A program made the translations under genes and the position numbers. The notes beneath the pieces were generated by a model. It saw only the letters and a list, made by a program, of their open reading frames with translations. It was not told the origin of the DNA and made no database searches. Below are positions 1-8,198 of a stretch of DNA of 64,000 nt, piece by piece (the first letter of the stretch is position 1; each line of letters starts with the position of its first letter). The DNA is taken from NCBI GenBank assembly GCA_030523825.1, contig JAUNHU010000003.1, positions 3,346 to 67,345 of the forward strand, given 5' to 3'. This DNA is from Lautropia sp. Lineage in GTDB: Bacteria > Pseudomonadota > Gammaproteobacteria > Burkholderiales > Burkholderiaceae_E.

Positions 1-1677
1 TTCAGCGGGCAGCGTGCTGGTGGAACGATAGTGTATGGTGGCGCCATTGGCACCACACAGTTCCTGTGTCATGTGCAGGCCCAGCCCCGTCCCCCGAGTT
101 TCTGTCGTGAAAAAGGGCTCGAACAGGTGCTTGCGCTGCTCCTCCGGCACGCCGGGACCATCATCCAGAATCCAGAGCTGCGCCTGCCCTTCACCGTCCA
201 CCATCCACCACAGCAGCACGCTGGCCGGTGCATCGCTGGCATAGCGCAGTGCGTTGTTCAGCAGGTTCACCAGAATCTGTCGCAGATGATTCGGATCGAA
301 GGTGATCGTCGGTTCGGCCTGAATCCGCAGCGAAATGCGTGCGGGGTTCACACCCTGGGTCTGCGCCATGAACTCGGGCATGAACTGCGCAAAGAAATCG
401 GTGAGCAGCAGGCGTTCCTGCATCGCCGTGCGGCGTGCCATCGAGAGCACATCCTCGACGATGCGGTCAATGCGCAGCGTGCTGTTCTCGATGATGGTGG
501 TGAGCCGCTTCAGTTGCGGATCATCCACCCGCTCGCCCAGCAGGTTGCCGGCATGGCGGATGGCGCCCAGCGGATTGCGGATTTCGTGCGCGATTGAGGC
601 CGACAGCCGCCCCATCGAAGCAAGCTTCAGTTGCTGCGCCTGATCCTCGATACGCCGCAAATCTTCGAGCAGCACCACGCGGTCGAGTAACGCACGTCCA
701 TCGCGTCCATTGTCGGCATCGAGATAATAGGGACTCTCGCCCAGATCATCGCGCAGCGCGCGCGAGCCTCCGCCGGTAAGCACCCGTGCCCGGATGCGCC
801 CGGCCCCCGGCGCCCCCGGAATCTGCAGTTCGGCCACAGTATCCGGCGCGCCGAGAATGCGGCGCAATTGTTCGAGTGCAGCCGGATCGGCCTCGGATAC
901 CGGCACTCCCATCGGCAGGTTCAGCATGCGCCGCGCCTTCGGATTCATGTCGCGCGGCACACCTCGCGGGTCAAAGACAATCACCCCCTGATCCAGTTCC
1001 GCCACGATCAAGGCATTGATGGCCCGCTGGTTGCGCAGGTCTTCGGCACGCCGGATGGCGAGCCGCTCCTGCATCGCCAGTCGCCGCGCCAGCCGGTTCA
1101 CCACCAGCGCGGTGAAAAAGAGGGTGGCACTGATGACGGCGGCAATCATCAGCTCGTTGCCGATGGCCGTGCTGCCCATCGACTCGAAACGCTGCAGGAT
1201 GCGCACGCCCACCTCGCCCAGCAGCATCATCGACGCGGCTGCCGCCACGCCCAGTGCCGGCAGCTGGGCAGAGAGAATCGCCACGCCCGCCACCGGCGTG
1301 ATCATCAGCGCCCCCAGACCGCTGCGGCCGTTACTGGCATAGACGATCATGCCCAGCACCAGCACGTCCACCGTCACCTGCAGAAAGAGCTGCCACGAAA
1401 AGCCGCGCCGCACCCGCCGCACCACCACGCTGCACAGCAGGGCGAAGACGAAATAGAAGACCGTGAGGCTGACGAACAGGTTGCGCTGATCGGCCGGCGC
1501 CGACACCGTGTCGGGCCCCAGCACCGGGATGTAGATGAGCAGCAACAGCGAAATGATCAGACGCCCGTCGGCCAGGTAGCGCAACGAGGTCCAGAAGGTG
1601 GCGATCTGCGATTGCAGCTGATCGACCATGCCTGCGCCGGCGGGCGCGCCCCGCTCGATGGAGTTCAGATGCCTCAT
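1..1677 (-). CDS. pilS: Type IV pilus sensor histidine kinase PilS (3' end runs off the window)
   Basis: Not in the ORF track because it has no stop in the window. Read by hand from ATG 1677: about 6 TM segments, H-box LASMGRLSASIAHEIRNPLGAI, N-box QILVNLLNNALRY, DDGPG, FEPFFTT and GTGLGL. Lies downstream of a PP0621 gene, the usual synteny. Confidence 0.88.
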   Translation of the reverse strand, partial: MRHLNSIERGAPAGAGMVDQLQSQIATFWTSLRYLADGRLIISLLLLIYIPVLGPDTVSAPADQRNLFVSLTVFYFVFALLCSVVVRRVRRGFSWQLFLQVTVDVLVLGMIVYASNGRSGLGALMITPVAGVAILSAQLPALGVAAAASMMLLGEVGVRILQRFESMGSTAIGNELMIAAVISATLFFTALVVNRLARRLAMQERLAIRRAEDLRNQRAINALIVAELDQGVIVFDPRGVPRDMNPKARRMLNLPMGVPVSEADPAALEQLRRILGAPDTVAELQIPGAPGAGRIRARVLTGGGSRALRDDLGESPYYLDADNGRDGRALLDRVVLLEDLRRIEDQAQQLKLASMGRLSASIAHEIRNPLGAIRHAGNLLGERVDDPQLKRLTTIIENSTLRIDRIVEDVLSMARRTAMQERLLLTDFFAQFMPEFMAQTQGVNPARISLRIQAEPTITFDPNHLRQILVNLLNNALRYASDAPASVLLWWMVDGEGQAQLWILDDGPGVPEEQRKHLFEPFFTTETRGTGLGLHMTQELCGANGATIHYRSTSTLPAE

Positions 1678-1690
1678 GACGGCGCGCGGT

Positions 1691-1981
1691 TCAGCGCAGT
1701 TCGCGGTCGGCGTGCGCGAGGCGATCGCTGTCCATGTGCGCCTGGCAGCAATACACGCGCCCATGCGCGAACAGGGCTTCGGATGCCGGCAGATGCACCC
1801 GGCAGACATGGCAGGCCAGCATCACGTCGTGCGTGGGAGCACGGCTTGCTGCGGCATCATCCGTCTGCGCCGGACGCGCAGCGCCAGCGGCATTGCGGCG
1901 ACGGCGCGCGGCAGCCCCGAAGTGGCGAAACAGGGCCAGGGCGGCCATGCCGATCAGAATCCAGAAAATGATTTTTCCCAC
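1691..1981 (-). CDS. PP0621-family small membrane-anchored Cys/His protein
   Basis: GTG start, N-terminal TM (GKIIFWILIGMAALALF), motif MLACHVCRVHLPASEA...YCCQAH; sits directly upstream of pilS. Confidence 0.8.
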   Translation of the reverse strand: MGKIIFWILIGMAALALFRHFGAAARRRRNAAGAARPAQTDDAAASRAPTHDVMLACHVCRVHLPASEALFAHGRVYCCQAHMDSDRLAHADRELR

Positions 1982-2052
1982 GATAGCTTTCGTTCCGGCT
2001 CGCTGCGGCTGACCAATGTGCCGCATCGCCGGTCATCCTGCGCGGGATGACA

Positions 2053-2949
2053 TCAGACCCGGTGCAGGATCACTTCCAGCACGAAGCGGCTGCCGACGTA
2101 GGACAGCAACAGCAGAATGAAACCACCCAGCGTGAGCCGGATGGCGAGACGGCCGCGCCAACCCCACAGATACCGGCCCAGCAGCAGCAATCCGAAGAAT
2201 ACCGTTGCCATCAGCGAAAACACGGTTTTGTGATTCAGCGGCAACGGGCGGCCGAAAATGGCCTCGCTGAAGAAGGCACCACTGACCGTGGTGAGCAGCA
2301 GCAGGATGAATCCTACGCTGATGACCTGAAAGAGGATGCGCTCCAGCACCATCAGCGGCGGCATGGCCTGATGACCGCGCGACAGCAGTGTGGTCAGAAA
2401 GCCCGCATGCTCCTGACGACGGGGGTGCAGGCGATGTTCGGCAGCCGCCATCAGCAGCGCCAGCATCGCAGCCAGGAACATGACACCATAGGCCAGCGTG
2501 CCCACCACCAGATGCGGGACGAAAAGCGGCGGCTGGCTGCCCAGCGAAAAGGCAGCACCGGGAAAGGCCAGCGACAGCAGTGCCATCAGGATGGCAAGCG
2601 GAATGAGCAGGACGGGCAGGCGCCCCATGCCGACCCGACGGCTTTCGGCCCAGACCAGAAAGAGCGCGATCCAGACCGTGGCCGACAGCAGCGAGGCAAA
2701 ACCGAAACGGAAGACATCGGCCATGAACATCGGCAGCACCAGCAGCGCCAGGTGCGCCAGCAGCGCAATGCCCAGCACCGGCTCGGGCCAGGCGCGCGTG
2801 CCGTTCCCGCTGGTGCGGGCGGCGGCCGGCGCAGCGGCAGGCGGCATGCCACCACGGGGAACGGCGTCCTGACGCAATCCCCGCACGAAGGCCAGGGCAT
2901 ACAGCCCCACCGACAACAAAACAAGAGTCGTTACAATGCTCACTGGCAA
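2053..2949 (-). CDS. Cytochrome c assembly family (CcsA/YpjD-like) inner membrane protein
   Basis: Polytopic protein with PPLMVLERILF, HKTVFS and WGWRGR..LLLSYVGSRFVLEVIL motifs; divergent from ffh as ypjD is. Confidence 0.88.
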   Translation of the reverse strand: MPVSIVTTLVLLSVGLYALAFVRGLRQDAVPRGGMPPAAAPAAARTSGNGTRAWPEPVLGIALLAHLALLVLPMFMADVFRFGFASLLSATVWIALFLVWAESRRVGMGRLPVLLIPLAILMALLSLAFPGAAFSLGSQPPLFVPHLVVGTLAYGVMFLAAMLALLMAAAEHRLHPRRQEHAGFLTTLLSRGHQAMPPLMVLERILFQVISVGFILLLLTTVSGAFFSEAIFGRPLPLNHKTVFSLMATVFFGLLLLGRYLWGWRGRLAIRLTLGGFILLLLSYVGSRFVLEVILHRV

Positions 2950-3214
2950 AGTTTACTCTGCCGGGCCGCTTGCAGTGCAATATCCTCCATGCCGCTTCGA
3001 TGCTTTTCCGACAGGCGCCAGCCGCTGTCGGACATCCGCACGAAGCAGCAGACTTCCGTGAAGTACCTGCACGGCCGCATTGGCCTGCAGCAGCAGGCGG
3101 CCCGAAGCATCCTCCCTGCAAGCCCCTGGCCACCTGCTGTGCCTGGTGCCTGCATGGGCGGCACGCCCCGCAGCCCCTGTTTCGCCCCCTTCGTTACCCG
3201 ACCTGGTCATTCCC

Positions 3215-4630
3215 ATGTTCGACAGCCTTTCCCAACGTCTTGCCCGCGTCATGAAAACCATGCGGGGCGAAGCCCGCCTGACGGAAGCCAACACGCAGGA
3301 GATGTTGCGGGAAATCCGCATCGCCCTGCTGGAAGCCGACGTGGCGCTGCCGGTGGCGCGCGACTTCATCGCCCAGGTGAAGGAAAAGGCGCTGGGCCAG
3401 GAGGTTCTCCAGTCGCTCACGCCCGGCCAGGCGCTGGTCGGCATCGTCAACCAGGCGATGATCGACCTCATCGGCGGCCAGACGGCCGAGCTGGATCTGG
3501 CGCAGCAGCCTCCCGCCATCATCCTGATGGCCGGCCTGCAGGGTGCCGGCAAGACCACCACCGTGGGCAAGCTCAGCAAGTGGCTGAAGGAAAACCGCAG
3601 GAAGAAGGTGCTCACCGTTTCCTGCGACGTGTATCGCCCGGCCGCCATCGACCAGCTGAAGACCGTGGCTGCACAGGCCGGTGCCGACTTCTTCCCCTCG
3701 CAGCCCGACCAGAAGCCGGTCGACATCGCCCGCGCCGCCGTTGCCTGGGCGAAAAACCACTATCACGACGTGCTGATCGTCGACACGGCCGGCCGGCTGG
3801 GCATCGACCAGGCGATGATGGACGAGATCAAGGCACTGCATGGCGCCCTGAACCCCATCGAAACCCTGTTCGTCGTCGACGCCATGCAGGGTCAGGATGC
3901 GGTCAACACCGCCAAGGCGTTCAATGAGGCGCTGCCGCTTACCGGCGTGGTGCTCACCAAGCTCGACGGTGACTCCCGCGGCGGTGCAGCACTGTCGGTC
4001 AAAGCCGTCACCGGCAAGCCGATCAAGTTCGTGGGCGTGGGCGAGAAGCTCTCCGGGCTGGACGTGTTCCATCCCGACCGGATGGCCAACCGCATCCTCG
4101 GCATGGGCGACATCCTCGCACTGGTCGAGCAGGCACAGGCCAACGTCGATCACGATGCGGCCCGTGACCTGGCCGACAAGCTGAAGAAGGGCAACCGCTT
4201 CGACCTGAACGACTTCCTGCAGCAGATCGGCCAGATGAAGAAGATGGGCGGTCTCAGCTCGCTGATGGACAAGCTGCCTGCCGAGATCCAGGGCAAGGCC
4301 AAGGCGGGCGACCTCGACAAGGCCGAACGCGACATGCGGCGCATGCAGGGCATCATCCACGCGATGACGCCCGCCGAGCGCGAAAAACCCGAGATGATCA
4401 AGGCCACCCGCAAGCGCCGCATCGCGGCGGGTGCCGGCGTGCACGTGCAGGAAGTGAACCGGCTGCTGAACCAGTTCTCGCAGATGCAGGCCGTGATGAA
4501 GAAGATGCAGAAGGGTGGCCTCGCCAAGATGATGCGCAGCATGAAGGGCCTGATGGGCCGCGGCGGCCCCGGTGGCATGGGCGGAATGGGTGGCATGGGG
4601 GGCATGGGCGGCCCCGGCCTGCCCGGCTGA
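3215..4630 (+). CDS. ffh: Signal recognition particle protein Ffh
   Basis: MFDSLSQRL start; GLQGAGKTTT, DTAGR and TKLDGDSRGG GTPase motifs; Met-rich M domain; GGM-repeat tail. Confidence 0.98.
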   Translation: MFDSLSQRLARVMKTMRGEARLTEANTQEMLREIRIALLEADVALPVARDFIAQVKEKALGQEVLQSLTPGQALVGIVNQAMIDLIGGQTAELDLAQQPPAIILMAGLQGAGKTTTVGKLSKWLKENRRKKVLTVSCDVYRPAAIDQLKTVAAQAGADFFPSQPDQKPVDIARAAVAWAKNHYHDVLIVDTAGRLGIDQAMMDEIKALHGALNPIETLFVVDAMQGQDAVNTAKAFNEALPLTGVVLTKLDGDSRGGAALSVKAVTGKPIKFVGVGEKLSGLDVFHPDRMANRILGMGDILALVEQAQANVDHDAARDLADKLKKGNRFDLNDFLQQIGQMKKMGGLSSLMDKLPAEIQGKAKAGDLDKAERDMRRMQGIIHAMTPAEREKPEMIKATRKRRIAAGAGVHVQEVNRLLNQFSQMQAVMKKMQKGGLAKMMRSMKGLMGRGGPGGMGGMGGMGGMGGPGLPG

Positions 4631-4911
4631 ACCACCGGATGCCGGTGGACACACCGGCATGCTTCCCTGGGGCGGGCAGAAGACGCCCGTCGCCCTCCCC
4701 ACACGGAAAGGCAGCCATTGCCCGGTGCCGGCCACGCCGGGAGAGGCCCTGTACGGCCCCGTACTGCAAGTCGGAACGGGTACACGTGACCGCCGGGCGA
4801 GCCACCCCACGGCTCGGCACGCCAACCGGTCATTCGCCAGGGATTGCGCAAGAACGGCTTAAATGAGACATTCGCTGCTGAATGTCGTCATTTTCCAACG
4901 GAGACCATCCC

Positions 4912-5754
4912 TTGTCCCTGGCCTTCCTGATTACCGCCCACCAGCAGCCCGCTCAGCTGGCCATGCTGCTGCGCCAGATCCAGCACCCTGACTGCATCTA
5001 CTTCGTGCAACCCGACAGCAAGACCCTGTCCGGTACCGAACCCGCCCTGCAGGCCGTGGTCCGCGAGTTTTCCAACGTGTACATCGCCCCGGCACGGGAC
5101 ATGCGCTGGGCATCGTGGAGCCTGATGTCCGCACGGCTGGACGGCATCACCACGCTGCTGAAGCGCTCCGAGCCCTGGCAGACCCTCGTCATGCTGAGCG
5201 GACAGGACTTCCCGCTGCAGAAGGTGGAAACGATGATGGCCACCTTCGCCGAAAAGCCCGACCACAGCTGGATCGACCTGATCGACCCGCTGACCACCTG
5301 GGACGACCCGTATGCGCGGCCCCAGCGCCTGCGGCTGGAACTGCCCTTCATGAAATCGGGCTTCACCGTGCCCAAGGTACGCATCGACCGCTGGGCAAAG
5401 CACCTGGGCAAGGCCCGCTACATGGGCGGCAGCCCCTGGATGGCGCTCAGCCGCGCCTTCTGCCAGCATCTCATCGACTCGCCCGACCTGCCCGACTGGA
5501 AGGCCGCGCTCACCAACAGCTACCGCCCCGACCAGGTGCTCATCCACAGCTTCCTGGCCAACTCGCCCTTTGCCGACAAGGTGGTAAACCAGAAGATCCA
5601 CGAGGAGCAATGGGGGGATGATCCGTCCCATCCGCGTGTGCTGACGATGGCCGACCGCGAGCTGCTGGAGAAATCGCCCTACCCCTTCGCCCGCAAGTTC
5701 GACATCAGCGTGGACCGGAGCATCCTGGAGCACCTGCAACAGCGCCTGGGCTGA
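4912..5754 (+). CDS. Glycosyltransferase family 14 (core-2/I-branching beta-1,6-GlcNAc transferase-like)
   Basis: LAFLITAH, W.SWSL, LSGQDFPL, GSPWMALSR and FARKFD motifs. TTG 4912 follows GGAGAC and is preferred over the ORF-track start at 4882. Confidence 0.85.
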   Translation: MSLAFLITAHQQPAQLAMLLRQIQHPDCIYFVQPDSKTLSGTEPALQAVVREFSNVYIAPARDMRWASWSLMSARLDGITTLLKRSEPWQTLVMLSGQDFPLQKVETMMATFAEKPDHSWIDLIDPLTTWDDPYARPQRLRLELPFMKSGFTVPKVRIDRWAKHLGKARYMGGSPWMALSRAFCQHLIDSPDLPDWKAALTNSYRPDQVLIHSFLANSPFADKVVNQKIHEEQWGDDPSHPRVLTMADRELLEKSPYPFARKFDISVDRSILEHLQQRLG

Positions 5755-5769
5755 CCCTTCCGGCAAAAC

Positions 5770-5817
5770 AAAAAAGCACCGCATGATGGCCACAGGCCGC
5801 ATGACGGTGCTTTTTTT
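5770..5817 (+). terminator. Intrinsic (likely bidirectional) terminator after the GT14 gene
   Basis: A6-GCACCG...CGGTGC-T7 inverted repeat. Confidence 0.75.
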
Positions 5818-5900
5818 GGCCAACTTCGCGTAAAACCATGTCAAATTGACATTGCTTGACACAAAATCGCAGAAAACAACGCGAAAAAGCAGGAAAGGGA

Positions 5901-5929
5901 TTGCATCACATATCCCCCCTGCCTATAAT
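5901..5929 (+). promoter_or_regulatory. Sigma70 promoter of the small RNA
   Basis: TTGCAT (5901-5906), 17-nt spacer, TATAAT (5924-5929). Confidence 0.85.
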
Positions 5930-5936
5930 CCGTTTT

Positions 5937-5996
5937 GTCTCCTCCACCTCCTCCTTTGGTGGATTAGCCCGCACGCTTATCCGTGCGGGCTTTTTT
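5937..5996 (+). ncRNA. About 60-nt CU-rich anti-SD small RNA resembling the Betaproteobacteria toxic sRNA family
   Basis: Starts GTCTCCTCCACCTCCTCCTTTGGTGGA 7 nt after TATAAT. TCCACC/GGTGGA stem displays a CU-rich loop, followed by terminator GCCCGCACG-cttatc-CGTGCGGGC-T6. Confidence 0.85.
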
Positions 5997-6536
5997 CTTT
6001 CCGGAACACCTTTTGCTGAAAAGGCGTTCCTGCAGAGGGATGAAAGGCTGATGATCTGAAAGAGATCCGGTGCAAACGATCCGGGCCGGTTCAAACTTCG
6101 CCTGAAACCGCCTGAATCACACGGGACCAACAAGGAACAACCTGACTGCCTTCATCAGGAAAGCGTATGGGTTCCATGATCTTCCTGAATGGCGAAAAAA
6201 ACCATAGGGACCAACCCTAATACGCCCCCTCCCCCGGCGCCAGCCTGCTCACGCTGCCCGCCATGCCCCTGTCCGCATCGCGGCTGCATCTCAAGGCGCA
6301 AGGCCATCCTCCGGTCATGCAAACCAGGTCCCTGCTGGCGCTCCCGGCCCTCCCGCACACGCCTCCTCGCGCAGCCCCTGCTCTCCTGCGGACTCCGGCG
6401 CTCGCCCCCAGGCCCTTTCCCGTGCCGTTTTTGGTAATCTCGCTGCGCGTGTCGGCTTCGGCCCGCACCGGGCTGCCGCAGCCTGAAGTGCCGCGACAGC
6501 CTTCTCGACGACCAACCCTACGGGACCACCCCCACC

Positions 6537-7085
6537 ATGAAATCCCCCGCCCCGACGATTGCTTCACGCCCTCTGGCCACGCAGGCCGCATTCGGCCTGC
6601 TGGCTGCCCTCGTCCTCAGCCTGACGAACCCGCTGCAGGCGGCTGACAAGGGGGATGCCGACGCCTTGCTGTCCGGTGCCCGCGAGCAGGCCGCTGCGCA
6701 GGTGGATGGCGCAGCCCCGGGCAAGGAACAGGCAGCCGGTGCACTGAACAGCGCCCGGGAAAAAGCTGCCGCCAAGGTGACAGACAAGGTGCCCGGCACG
6801 CAGAACGCCGGCAAGCTGAAGGAAAAGACCGCCGCGAAGAAGGATGCTGCCACCGACGGCGCAAAGGCACATGCAGCCGCTGCGGCCTCCGGCGCCGGCA
6901 AACTGGACATCAACAGCGCCTCCGAAGCCGAACTGGCCTCGCTGCCCGGCATCGGCGCCGCCCGCGCCAAGGCCATCATCAAGGGCCGGCCCTACAAGGG
7001 CAAGGACGATCTGCAGCGCCGCAACGTGCTTTCAGCCAGCGTCTACGAGAAAATCAAGGATCGCATCGTCGCACGTCAACGCTGA
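6537..7085 (+). CDS. comEA: ComEA-family helix-hairpin-helix DNA-binding protein (exported)
   Basis: Signal peptide, Ala/Lys-rich linker, C-terminal LDINSASEAELASLPGIGAARAKAII...YEKIKDRI HhH domain. Confidence 0.85.
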   Translation: MKSPAPTIASRPLATQAAFGLLAALVLSLTNPLQAADKGDADALLSGAREQAAAQVDGAAPGKEQAAGALNSAREKAAAKVTDKVPGTQNAGKLKEKTAAKKDAATDGAKAHAAAAASGAGKLDINSASEAELASLPGIGAARAKAIIKGRPYKGKDDLQRRNVLSASVYEKIKDRIVARQR

Positions 7086-7091
7086 TCCCCA

Positions 7092-8198
7092 ATGGCCTCG
7101 CTTCGCCTGAAACCCGCATCCCCCAAGCCGACCTCCCGCCAGCCCCGCGCCGCAGAGGCAAGCTCATCACGCCGGCCGCGTGACGATGCGGCTGCGCAGC
7201 GGGAAGGCCGCAACAGCAACGCGCGCGCGCCAGCACGAGGGCCGGAAGGGTCTCAAGGGCTCAAGACGGGACATCAAGGTGATGGAGCCCGACGCCGCAT
7301 GCAGCCATCCGTCCGGCACGACGCCAGTCTGCGCCAGGAAGGCCCGCAACGGCGCGGCGCAGGCCACTCTCCCGCAACACAGACACAGGCACGCGGCGCC
7401 TCATCCGGAGAACGCCAGGGGCCGATCGGCACCGTGCCCGAGGCCGGTGGCGAGCGCCTGAACAAGTATCTGGCCCGTGCCGGCGTGTGCTCGCGGCGCG
7501 AAGCCGACGCCTGGGTGGAAAAGGGCTGGGTCCACATCAACGGCCAGCCGGCGCAGATGGGCCAGAAAGTGATGCCGGGCGACCGGGTGGAAGTGCGTCA
7601 TGCCGCCACCCGCCAGCAGCAGGAGCGCGTCACGATCCTGATGAACAAGCCGGTGGGCTATGTCAGCGGTCAGGCCGAGGACGGCTACCGGCCGGCAGCC
7701 TCACTCATCGAAGCCGCCAGCCGCTGGCCCGAAGACCGCTCGCCCCGCCGTTTCGATCGCAATCAGCTGCGCGGCCTTGCCGCCGCCGGCCGGCTGGACA
7801 TCGACTCCACCGGCCTGCTGGTGCTGACACAGGACGGCCGTGTCGCCCGGCAGCTGATTGGCGAAGATTCCGAAGTCAGCAAGGAGTACCTGGTGCGCGT
7901 GCGCTTCGGTGCGCACGAGCGCAACGTGCAGGCGGTGTTTCCGCCCGAGAAACTGAAGCTGCTGCGGCACGGCCTGTCGCTCGATGGCAAGAAACTGAAG
8001 CCCGCCGAAGTGGAATGGCAGAACCCCGAGCAACTGCGCTTCGTGCTGCACGAGGGCAAGCACCGGCAGATCCGCCGGATGTGCGAGCTGGTGGGGCTGC
8101 ACGTCACCGGCCTGAAGCGCATCCGCATCGGCCGGGTGAAACTGGGCCACCTGCCTGTGGGACAGTGGCGTTATCTCGGCGCAGACGAGGAATTCTGA
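7092..8198 (+). CDS. rRNA pseudouridine synthase (RsuA/RluF family, S4 domain) with long N-terminal extension
   Basis: RLNKYLARAGVCSRREAD S4 domain, NKPVGYV, GRLDIDSTGLL catalytic motif, EGKHRQIRRM. Confidence 0.93.
   Translation: MASLRLKPASPKPTSRQPRAAEASSSRRPRDDAAAQREGRNSNARAPARGPEGSQGLKTGHQGDGARRRMQPSVRHDASLRQEGPQRRGAGHSPATQTQARGASSGERQGPIGTVPEAGGERLNKYLARAGVCSRREADAWVEKGWVHINGQPAQMGQKVMPGDRVEVRHAATRQQQERVTILMNKPVGYVSGQAEDGYRPAASLIEAASRWPEDRSPRRFDRNQLRGLAAAGRLDIDSTGLLVLTQDGRVARQLIGEDSEVSKEYLVRVRFGAHERNVQAVFPPEKLKLLRHGLSLDGKKLKPAEVEWQNPEQLRFVLHEGKHRQIRRMCELVGLHVTGLKRIRIGRVKLGHLPVGQWRYLGADEEF

Noticed and set aside
4561-4627. GGM repeat at the Ffh C-terminus
   Set aside because: Gly/Met-rich tails are common in Ffh proteins.
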